From Geobacter sulfurreducens PCA (GTDB taxonomy: Bacteria > Desulfobacterota > Desulfuromonadia > Geobacterales > Geobacteraceae), in contig NC_002939.5 of NCBI RefSeq assembly GCF_000007985.2, forward strand, positions 2,700,001-2,732,000: DNA of 32,000 nucleotides, written 5' to 3'. This document shows, piece after piece, positions 24,790 to 32,000 of this stretch (position 1 is the stretch's first letter; each line of letters begins with the position of its first letter). The position numbers were made by a program, and so were the translations under genes. The notes below the pieces were generated by a model, which saw nothing but the letters and a program-made list of their open reading frames with translations, searched no databases and was not told where the DNA came from.

Positions 24790-27485
24790 GTGATATGGAC
24801 GACGAGAGACGCCCCTCGCCGGAGGCGATGCTGAAGCTGGCCCAGGCCGAAGAGGCCGAGGCAAAGCGGGGGAAGCTGAAGATCTTCCTCGGCTACGCCG
24901 CCGGTGTCGGCAAGACCTACGCCATGCTGCAGGCGGCCCGGGAGCGCAGGCATGAAGGGCGCGACGTGGTGGCCGCCTACGTGGAATCCCACGGCCGACC
25001 GGAAACCGATGCACTCCTGGAAGGGCTGGAAATCCTCCCCGCGGCCCGGATCGAGTACCAGGGGGTCATGCTCCCGGAGCTGGATATCGACGGGGTGCTG
25101 GCCCGCCGGCCCCAGCTCGCCCTGGTGGACGAGCTGGCCCACACCAACGCGCCAGGCTCCCGGCACGAGAAGCGCTGGCAGGACGTGGAGGAACTGCTGG
25201 CGGCCGGCATCGACGTCTTCACCACGGTCAACGTCCAGCACTTCGAGAGCCTCAACGACGTGGTGGCGCAGATCACCGGCATCGCCGTGCGCGAGACCGT
25301 GCCGGACCGCCTCCTGGACCTGGCGGCGGAGATCCGGTTGGTGGACATCCCGCCGGAGGATCTCCTGCAGCGGTTGCGCGAAGGGAAGGTCTACGTGCCG
25401 GAGCAGGCCGCGTTTGCCGCGGAAAAGTTCTTCCGCGCCGGCAACCTGATCGCCCTGCGGGAGCTATCGCTCCGCCGCGCCGCGGTCCGCGTGGACGAAG
25501 AGATGCGGGCCTACATGGAGGCGCGGGCCATTCCGGGCCCCTGGCCGGCGGCCGAGCGGCTTCTGGTGAGCATCAGCGGCAGCCCGTTCAGCGAGCGGCT
25601 GATCCGGACCACCCGCCGCCTGGCGGACGAACTGAAGGCCCCCTGGTTCACGGTCTACGTGGAGACCCCCGGCAACGGCAGGCATGAGCAGGAAAACCGG
25701 AAACGGGTCTGGAAGGATCTCCGCCTGGCGGAAAGCCTCGGCGCCCAGGTCGCCACCGTCACCGCCACGTCGGTGGCGGAGGCGCTCATCGACTACGCCC
25801 GCAGGCACAACGTGACCAGGATCGTGGTCGGCAAGCCGGCAAAGCCGCGCTGGCGCGAGTTTCTGCGCCTCCCCCTGGTCGACCGGATTATCCGCCTGAG
25901 CGGCGCCATCGATGTGCACGTGGTCAGCTACGAGCCGGCCGAGGCCGGAAAGGGGCCGGTCCTTCCCGTACGGAGGGGGCCGATCTCCTTCTCCGGCTAC
26001 CTGGCGAGCCTGGCACTGGTCGTCGCGGCCTCCCTGGCCTGCCTCCTGCTCCGTCCCTTCCTGGCGCCGACCAACATGGTCATGATCTACCTGCTGGCAG
26101 TGGTGCTGGCGGCACTGAGGCTCGGCCTCAAGCCGGCCATCCTCACGGCCTTTCTGGGGGTCCTGGCCTTCGACTTCTTCTTCATTCCGCCGCACCTGAC
26201 CTTTGCCGTGGCAGACACCCAGTACCTGATCACCTTTGTCGCCCTGTTCACCGTGGGCGTGGTCATCAGCACCCTGGTCTCCACGGTGCGCGAACGGGCC
26301 GAGGCCGTGCGGGAACGGGAGGAGCAGACCGCCTCCCTCTACTATCTGAGCCGCGACCTGGCAGCAGCCGCCGACATCGAGACCCTCGTGGCCGCCGTGA
26401 TCAGGAACATCGGCGAGACCCTGTTCGCCAGGGCCGCCGTGCTCCTTCCCGAGGGAGACCGGCTCAGAGTCGCCGCCGCCAGCAAGGGGCTCAAGCCCGA
26501 CGTCAAGGAGATGGCCGTGGCCGACTGGGCGTTCCGCAACCGCCAGACCGCGGGCCAGGGGACCGAAACCCTCGCCTCGGCGGGATTTCTCTACCTGCCG
26601 CTCCAGACATCGGGCTCCGTCCTCGGGGTGCTGGGGGTCAGGCTGAAAAACGATGCCGATTACCGCTCCACCCAGGTCCGCCGCATGCTGGACGCATTCA
26701 CCTCCCAGACCGCCATGGCCCTCGAGCGGGTCCAGCTCTCCCGGCAGGCCGAGCAGGCCCAGATCCTCCAGGCCCGCGAGAACCTCGAACGGGCCCTGCT
26801 CAACTCCATCTCCCACGACCTGCGTACCCCCCTGGTCGCCATCACCGGCGCCCTGGACACCCTGCGCGACAAGGTCCATACCCTGGCCGACGAATCCCGG
26901 CTGGAACTGCTCGACACCGCGTGGGAAGAGGCAGAGCGGCTGAACCGCTTCGTGGGCAACCTCCTCGACATGACCCGCCTGGAGTCCGGGGCGATCAAAC
27001 TGAAACGGGAGCTGAGCGATGTTCAGGACTTGATCGGGTGCGCCCTGGCGGCCCTGGAGCGGCGGATCGGCGAGCGCGGGATCGACGTGCGCCTTGCTCC
27101 CGACCTGCCCCTGGTCAGGATAGACATGGTCCTGATGACCCAGGTGCTGGTCAATCTGCTCGACAATGCGCTGAAATATTCGCCGCCCGACAGCGGCGTG
27201 GAGATAACGGCCCGGGTGGACGGAGGCAGGCTCCGCATCGAGATGGCAGACCGCGGCCCGGGCATTCCCGAGCAGGACCTGAAGCGGGTATTCGACAAGT
27301 TCTACCGCATTGCGGTTCCCGAAGGGGCGCAGGGAACCGGGCTGGGGCTTTCCATCTGCAAAGGAATCGTCGAGGCCCACGGCGGCTCCATCCGGGCCGA
27401 GAACCGGACCGGGGGCGGGCTCCGGGTGATCGTGACCCTGCCGCTGGCCGGCGGGGCGAAAGAGGGTGTTTCCCATGGGCCATGA
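24786..27485 (+). CDS. kdpD: sensor histidine kinase KdpD
   Basis: 899 aa. N-terminal KdpD domain with P-loop GYAAGVGKTYAM, Usp-like region, 4 TM helices, H-box SHDLRTPL, N/G boxes LDNALKYS, DRGPGIP, GTGLGLSI. ATGA overlap with kdpC. Confidence 0.96.
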   Translation: MSDMDDERRPSPEAMLKLAQAEEAEAKRGKLKIFLGYAAGVGKTYAMLQAARERRHEGRDVVAAYVESHGRPETDALLEGLEILPAARIEYQGVMLPELDIDGVLARRPQLALVDELAHTNAPGSRHEKRWQDVEELLAAGIDVFTTVNVQHFESLNDVVAQITGIAVRETVPDRLLDLAAEIRLVDIPPEDLLQRLREGKVYVPEQAAFAAEKFFRAGNLIALRELSLRRAAVRVDEEMRAYMEARAIPGPWPAAERLLVSISGSPFSERLIRTTRRLADELKAPWFTVYVETPGNGRHEQENRKRVWKDLRLAESLGAQVATVTATSVAEALIDYARRHNVTRIVVGKPAKPRWREFLRLPLVDRIIRLSGAIDVHVVSYEPAEAGKGPVLPVRRGPISFSGYLASLALVVAASLACLLLRPFLAPTNMVMIYLLAVVLAALRLGLKPAILTAFLGVLAFDFFFIPPHLTFAVADTQYLITFVALFTVGVVISTLVSTVRERAEAVREREEQTASLYYLSRDLAAAADIETLVAAVIRNIGETLFARAAVLLPEGDRLRVAAASKGLKPDVKEMAVADWAFRNRQTAGQGTETLASAGFLYLPLQTSGSVLGVLGVRLKNDADYRSTQVRRMLDAFTSQTAMALERVQLSRQAEQAQILQARENLERALLNSISHDLRTPLVAITGALDTLRDKVHTLADESRLELLDTAWEEAERLNRFVGNLLDMTRLESGAIKLKRELSDVQDLIGCALAALERRIGERGIDVRLAPDLPLVRIDMVLMTQVLVNLLDNALKYSPPDSGVEITARVDGGRLRIEMADRGPGIPEQDLKRVFDKFYRIAVPEGAQGTGLGLSICKGIVEAHGGSIRAENRTGGGLRVIVTLPLAGGAKEGVSHGP

Positions 27486-28179
27486 AGCGAACGCCATCAA
27501 CCGGCCGCGGATCCTGATCGTGGACGACGAAGCGGCGATCCGCCGCTTTCTCCGCACCGTCCTCGACGCGGAGGAGTTCTCGCTCCACCAGGCCGAAACG
27601 GGTCACGCCGCGCTGGCCGCAGCCGCGGCCATCCGGCCCGATCTCATCCTCCTGGATCTGGGGCTGCCGGACCTGGACGGGGTGGAGGTCATCAGGCGGA
27701 TCAGGGAGTGGTCGCCGGTGCCGATCATCGTGCTGTCGGTCCGGGAGCGGGAGGACGACAAGGTGCATGCCCTGGATGCCGGGGCGGACGACTACCTGAC
27801 CAAGCCCTTCGGCATCGGGGAACTGCTGGCGAGGATGCGGGTGGTACTGCGCCGCTCCATCCGGCAGGCGCCCGAACCGATCTGCCGGATCGGCGGGCTT
27901 GAGGTGGATCTGCCGCGCCGCCGCGTGACCGTGGACGGAGTCGAGGTACAGCTCACCCCCACCGAGTACGAGCTGCTGCGCCTCCTGGCGGTCCACGCCG
28001 GCAAGGTCCTGACCCACAGCCAGATCCTCCGGCAGATCTGGGGGGTTGCCCATGTGGAACAGCCCCATGTGCTGCGGGTGAACATCAGCAATCTCCGCCG
28101 CAAGATCGAGTCCGATCCCACGCGCCCCCGCTACCTCCTGACCGAGCCCGGGGTCGGCTATCGTTTGAAGGCCGAGTGA
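27475..28179 (+). CDS. kdpE: OmpR-family response regulator KdpE
   Basis: Receiver (ILIVDDE, LILLDLGLPDLDG, LTKPF) plus winged helix (LTPTEYELLRLL, GVGYRL). ATG 27475 is preceded by AAAGAGGG. The track ORF starts at GTG 27466. Overlaps the kdpD end. Confidence 0.93.
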   Translation: MGHEANAINRPRILIVDDEAAIRRFLRTVLDAEEFSLHQAETGHAALAAAAAIRPDLILLDLGLPDLDGVEVIRRIREWSPVPIIVLSVREREDDKVHALDAGADDYLTKPFGIGELLARMRVVLRRSIRQAPEPICRIGGLEVDLPRRRVTVDGVEVQLTPTEYELLRLLAVHAGKVLTHSQILRQIWGVAHVEQPHVLRVNISNLRRKIESDPTRPRYLLTEPGVGYRLKAE

Positions 28180-28208
28180 CCAGGGGCTCAACCATCAGGG
28201 GACAATCT

Positions 28209-28375
28209 GATGCTTGACCTGCCGGGGGAACGGGGCATACTATGGGGGACATTCATGCAGCCGAGATCCGTTCGCGAGAACGGGTGCGGGGGACCCACTT
28301 CGGGGGCGTATTCCGGCAATGGCGCCGGATAGAGGACTTTCAGCCTCGAGCCCGTCAGCTAACCTCGTAGGCATC
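28209..28375 (+). promoter_or_regulatory. c-di-AMP riboswitch (ydaO/kimA class)
   Basis: Conserved blocks as I recall the motif: GTGCGGGGGACCCA (28285-), GGGGCGTATTCC, AUAGAGGA, and TCGAGCCCGTCAGCTAACCTCGTAGGCATC at the 3' end. P1 GATGC (28209-28213) pairs with GCATC (28371-28375). The 5' limit is uncertain. Lies in the leader of a K+ transporter gene. Confidence 0.78.
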
Positions 28376-28401
28376 TGGAAGGGCACGACAGCGGTTTCAG
28401 G

Positions 28402-28433
28402 GCCGCCGGCGCCTGCCGGCGGCTTTTCCGTTT
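28402..28433 (+). terminator. riboswitch-associated intrinsic terminator
   Basis: GCCGCCGGC-gcct-GCCGGCGGC (perfect 9-bp stem) followed by TTTTCCGTTT, 38 nt before the kup ATG. Confidence 0.8.
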
Positions 28434-28470
28434 CCCGCCCCTTCATGCATATCTTCCGGGAGGCGCGTAC

Positions 28471-30288
28471 ATGAAGACTGAAGCCCAATCCTACTGGGGC
28501 GGCATCATCAAATCCATGGGCCTGGTGTTCGGCGACATCGGCACCAGCCCCATCTACACCCTCACGGTCATCATGACCCTGACCAAGCCCGACGCGGAGC
28601 ACGTGCTCGGCATCCTCTCCCTCATCGTCTGGACCCTCATCATCCTCGTCACGGTCGAGTACGCCTGGCTGGCCATGAGCCTGGGCCGCAAGGGCGAAGG
28701 GGGAACCATCGTCCTGAAGGAGATCCTGATCCGGCTGCTCAAATCGGGACGCCAGATGGCCTTTGCGGGCTTTCTCGCCTTCCTCGGCGTCTCGCTGCTC
28801 CTGGGCGACGGCGTCATCACCCCGGCCATCAGTATCCTCTCCGCCGTGGAGGGAATGCGGCTGATCCCCGGCCTGGAGGACCTGGCCCAGGGGGGGCTGA
28901 TCCTGGTGGCCGCGGTCATCGCGGTGTTTCTCTTCATCTTCCAGTTCAAGGGAACGGACAAGGTGGCCAGCGCCTTCGGCCCCATCATGGTCGTCTGGTT
29001 CTCGGCCCTGACGGTGTCGGGGCTGGTCTCGATCATCGGCACCCCCACGGTGGTCCAGGCGATCAGCCCCCACCACGCCGTCCTCTTCCTCAAGCACAAC
29101 GGCCTGGCCGGCTTTTTCGTCCTCTCCGAGGTCATCCTCTGCGCCACCGGCGGCGAGGCCCTCTACGCCGACATGGGGCACCTGGGGAGAAAGCCGATCA
29201 TCCGGGCCTGGTACTTCGTCTTCTGTGCCCTGGTCATCAACTACCTGGGCCAGGGGGCCTTCATCCTGCGCAACCCCGAGGCCAAGAACATCCTCTTCTC
29301 CATGGTGAAGAGCCAGGTGCCGATGCTCTACATCCCGTTCCTGCTCCTCACCATCTCGGCCACGATCATCGCCTCCCAGGCCCTGATCAGCGGGGTGTTC
29401 TCCATCGTCTACCAGGGGATCACCACCCGCATCCTGCCGCTGATGAAAGTGGATTACACCTCGACCCACCTGAAGTCCCAGATCTACATCGGCTCGGTCA
29501 ACTGGTCGCTCCTGGTGGCGGTCATCTTCATCATGATCCTGTTCCAGCGGTCGGAAAACCTGGCCGCGGCCTACGGCCTGGCGGTGACCGGCACCATGTT
29601 CATCACCGGCATCATGATGACCATGATCTTCTCCCGCACCACCAAGAAGTGGAAGGTCCCCATCGCCCTGGCCGTGACCGTGATCGACTTCGCCTATCTC
29701 ACCGCCAACCTGCACAAGCTGCCCCACGGCGGCTACTGGTCCCTGGTGCTCGCCTCCATCCCCCTGGCGATCATGGTGATCTGGACCCGGGGCCAGCGGG
29801 CCCTCTACCGCTCCCTCAAGCCCCTGGACCTGGACACCTTCCTCCTCTCCTACGAGCAAATCTACGCCAAGGGGCACAACATCCCCGGCACCGGGCTCTT
29901 TTTCGTGCGGGAGACCCCCGTGGTGCCCCCCTACGTGATCCACTGCATCATCAGGAGCAACATCATCTACGAGCGGAACGTGTTCGTCTCCCTGACGCGG
30001 ACCGACGAGCCCTTTGACGTGAGGACGAAGCTGACGCGGGGAATCGGCACCGGGCTCGATGCCTTCGAGGTCAACGCCGGCTACATGGAGCGGCTGGACA
30101 TCGAGAAACTGCTCAAGAAACACGGGGTCGAGGAAAAGGTCATCTTTTACGGCATCGAGGACATCGACACCAGCAACCCCGTCTGGCGGATCTTTGCCAC
30201 CATCAAGCGCCAGAGTGCCAACTTCGTCCAGTTCAACAAGCTGCCGGTCAGCAAGCTTCAGGGGGTGGTGACGCGGGTCGAAATGTAG
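28471..30288 (+). CDS. kup: KUP/HAK/KT family potassium uptake transporter
   Basis: 605 aa. N-terminal signature LVFGDIGTSPIYT, 12 predicted hydrophobic segments plus a cytoplasmic C-terminal domain. GGGAGG RBS. Confidence 0.96.
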   Translation: MKTEAQSYWGGIIKSMGLVFGDIGTSPIYTLTVIMTLTKPDAEHVLGILSLIVWTLIILVTVEYAWLAMSLGRKGEGGTIVLKEILIRLLKSGRQMAFAGFLAFLGVSLLLGDGVITPAISILSAVEGMRLIPGLEDLAQGGLILVAAVIAVFLFIFQFKGTDKVASAFGPIMVVWFSALTVSGLVSIIGTPTVVQAISPHHAVLFLKHNGLAGFFVLSEVILCATGGEALYADMGHLGRKPIIRAWYFVFCALVINYLGQGAFILRNPEAKNILFSMVKSQVPMLYIPFLLLTISATIIASQALISGVFSIVYQGITTRILPLMKVDYTSTHLKSQIYIGSVNWSLLVAVIFIMILFQRSENLAAAYGLAVTGTMFITGIMMTMIFSRTTKKWKVPIALAVTVIDFAYLTANLHKLPHGGYWSLVLASIPLAIMVIWTRGQRALYRSLKPLDLDTFLLSYEQIYAKGHNIPGTGLFFVRETPVVPPYVIHCIIRSNIIYERNVFVSLTRTDEPFDVRTKLTRGIGTGLDAFEVNAGYMERLDIEKLLKKHGVEEKVIFYGIEDIDTSNPVWRIFATIKRQSANFVQFNKLPVSKLQGVVTRVEM

Positions 30289-30311
30289 CAGGGACGTTTT
30301 TCAACAGCCTG

Positions 30312-31631
30312 TTAGGTGTTCAGGAAGGTTTCAAAGGCCTGCCGGAGCGGAGCCCCCTCCCCTTCGACCACGTTGTAGAAGGCGCGCAGCACCGGCCGGC
30401 CGGTGCCGGTGAGGCGAGCGATGTCGATGGGGGTGGCGGCCACCACCAAGTCGCACGGTACCGAGTCGATGGTCAGGGCCAGGTCGGCCACCTGGGCGGG
30501 GCTGTAGCCCATGGCCGGGAGGACCGGCCCGATGTGGGGCCAGGCGGCATAGACATCCCGCAGCGAGCCCGCCGCCCAGGGGCGCGGGTCGACCACCTCC
30601 GCGGCGCCGTACTGGCGGGCTGCGGCAAGCCCGGCGCCCGAGGGCATGGAGCCGTGGGTGATGGTGGGGCCGTCCTCGATCACCAGCACCCGCTTCCCCC
30701 TGATCCGTTCGCCGTCCGCCACGGTGATGACCGATTCCGTCCGCACCAGCGCGGCCGACGGGTTCGCGCTCCGGGCCGCCCCCTCCACCGCCGCCACGGC
30801 CGCCGGTTCCGCGGCGTTCACCTTGTTCACCACCACCACTGCCGCCCGGCGCAGGTTCACCTCCCCCGGATACCAGGAGGTTTCATGGCCGGGGCGCAGG
30901 GGGTCCGCCACCACGATCTCCAGGTCGGGTCGGAAAAAGGGGAGGTCGTTGTTCCCCCCGTCCCAGATGATGACCGCCGCTTCCTTCTCCGCCCGTCGCA
31001 GAATCCGGCGGTAATCCACCCCGGCGTAAACGATGGCCCCGTGGTCCAGGAGGTGCTCGTACTCCTCCCGTTCCTCGATGGTGCACCGGAAGCGGTCCAG
31101 GTCGGCCATGCTCTCCATCCGCTCCACGGCCTGGGCGGCCAGGTCACCGTAGGGCATGGGGTGGCGGACCACCACGGGGCGGATTCCCCGCTCCCGCAGG
31201 ATATCGCAGAAATAGCGGACCACCTGGCTCTTGCCGCAGCCGGTGCGCACCGCGCAGACCGAGACCACCGGGAGCCGGCTCGCGAGCATGGTGGCGTCGG
31301 GCCCCAGCAGGGTGAAATCGGCCCCGCAGGCCAGCACGCGGGAGGCCGTGTGCATCAGGCGCTCATGGGCCACGTCGCTGTAGGCGAATACCACCTGCTC
31401 CGCCCTGAGGCGGCGGATGAGCTCCTCCAGCTGCTCTTCGGGGACAATGGGGATGCCGTGGGGATAGAGTGTTCCGGCCAGCTCCGCCGGGTAGCGCCGG
31501 TCGCTGATGTAGGGAATCTGGGTTGCGGTGAAGGCCACCACCCGGCAGGCCGGGTTGTCCCGGAAGCAGCAGTTGAAGTTGTGAAAGTCCCGCCCGGCCG
31601 CCCCCATGATGATGATCCGTTTCCGCTTCAT
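30312..31631 (-). CDS. COG2403-type P-loop protein (cyclic 2,3-diphosphoglycerate synthetase-like GTPase family)
   Basis: 439 aa. MKRKRIIIMGAAGRDFHNFN Rossmann-like N-terminus, Walker A AVRTGCGKSQV. ATGA translational coupling to the upstream carbamate kinase gene. Confidence 0.8.
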   Translation of the reverse strand: MKRKRIIIMGAAGRDFHNFNCCFRDNPACRVVAFTATQIPYISDRRYPAELAGTLYPHGIPIVPEEQLEELIRRLRAEQVVFAYSDVAHERLMHTASRVLACGADFTLLGPDATMLASRLPVVSVCAVRTGCGKSQVVRYFCDILRERGIRPVVVRHPMPYGDLAAQAVERMESMADLDRFRCTIEEREEYEHLLDHGAIVYAGVDYRRILRRAEKEAAVIIWDGGNNDLPFFRPDLEIVVADPLRPGHETSWYPGEVNLRRAAVVVVNKVNAAEPAAVAAVEGAARSANPSAALVRTESVITVADGERIRGKRVLVIEDGPTITHGSMPSGAGLAAARQYGAAEVVDPRPWAAGSLRDVYAAWPHIGPVLPAMGYSPAQVADLALTIDSVPCDLVVAATPIDIARLTGTGRPVLRAFYNVVEGEGAPLRQAFETFLNT

Positions 31632-32000
31632 GTCGTCCCTCCGGTTATCTCAGTCCCCGCCGTTCCCGCCACCGCGGCCTCGATCTCGTCCAGATGGCAG
31701 ATGACGGCCCGCGTGCCGCCCCCCCGGACAAAGCGGACGGCCGCCTCCACCTTCGGCCCCATGGAGCCGGGAGGAAACTCGCCCGCCGCCAGCAACTGCT
31801 CCGCCCGCGCCGCGTCCAGCCGCCGCAGGAACGTCTCCCCTGCCGTGCCGAAGCCGGTGGCCACCCCGGCCACGTCCGTGGCGATGACCAGGGTATCCAC
31901 CCCCACTTCCCGGCCGAGGCAGGCGCTGGCCAGGTCCTTGTCGATCACCGCATCCACGCCGTGAAAGGCGCGGCCCTCCCGGGTCACGGGGATGCCGCCG
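31628..32000 (-). CDS. arcC: carbamate kinase, C-terminal part (gene continues beyond the window)
   Basis: AVIDKDLASACLG..VGVDTLVIATDV...FPPGSMGPKVEAAVRFV..GG..AVI. The ORF is open to the window edge, so the Met at 31987 is not the real start. Confidence 0.88.
   Translation of the reverse strand, partial: GGIPVTREGRAFHGVDAVIDKDLASACLGREVGVDTLVIATDVAGVATGFGTAGETFLRRLDAARAEQLLAAGEFPPGSMGPKVEAAVRFVRGGGTRAVICHLDEIEAAVAGTAGTEITGGTT

Noticed and set aside
611-31964. Many long ORFs antisense to or overlapping recognisable genes (for example 611-1462 -, 3277-4548 -, 12200-13240 -, 13325-15160 -, 15259-16977 -, 20376-22484 -, 25464-27557 -, 28240-30123 -, 30534-31964 +).
   Set aside because: Their products are low-complexity G/R/P/A/E/D-rich and lack motifs. 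They lie opposite genes with unambiguous family signatures. These are typical stop-codon-poor shadow frames of high-GC DNA.
1-32000. Scanned for tRNA/tmRNA genes at the island borders, CRISPR repeats, rRNA, IS inverted repeats and island-flanking direct repeats.
   Set aside because: No cloverleaf-like T-arm (GGTTCGAATCC-type) motif, no regularly spaced repeats and no convincing direct repeats at about 5320 versus about 12130 were seen by eye. A proper tRNAscan or repeat search could still find something I missed.

Overview
High-GC chromosomal segment. The protein families look Geobacter/Desulfuromonadales-like, which is inference only. Order left to right: (1) SAM-I riboswitch with terminator, then metX. 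(2) A GT-B glycosyltransferase broken by a homopolymer frameshift. (3) An MBL-fold hydrolase. (4) A 614-aa orphan protein. (5) A visibly AT-richer accessory island (about 5335-12130) that reads as a sedentary chromosomal integron. It has a minus-strand intI with an in-frame N-terminal extension. A small ORF plus a 16-mer repeat array sit where attI is expected. Three plus-strand cassettes follow, bounded by 58-59 bp attC sites whose R''/R' cores obey the cassette circular-permutation rule. A class-C (attC-type) group II intron is inserted antisense in the third attC, followed by an inverted vapBC module and a decayed higBA locus. (6) A GAF-domain sigma54 enhancer-binding protein, then a near-consensus sigma54 promoter and a two-gene operon: a TPR-PRMT-like methyltransferase and a TPR-B12-radical-SAM enzyme. 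This is my best candidate for an undescribed system (regulated protein/peptide modification). (7) kdpABC-kdpDE, with twin REP-like hairpins filling the kdpA-kdpB spacer. (8) A c-di-AMP (ydaO-class) riboswitch with terminator in front of kup. (9) A COG2403 P-loop protein translationally coupled to a carbamate kinase that is cut by the window edge. No tRNA, rRNA or CRISPR array was seen. Many long antisense ORFs in the track are GC-driven shadow ORFs. All calls rest on reading motifs by eye; no searches were run.
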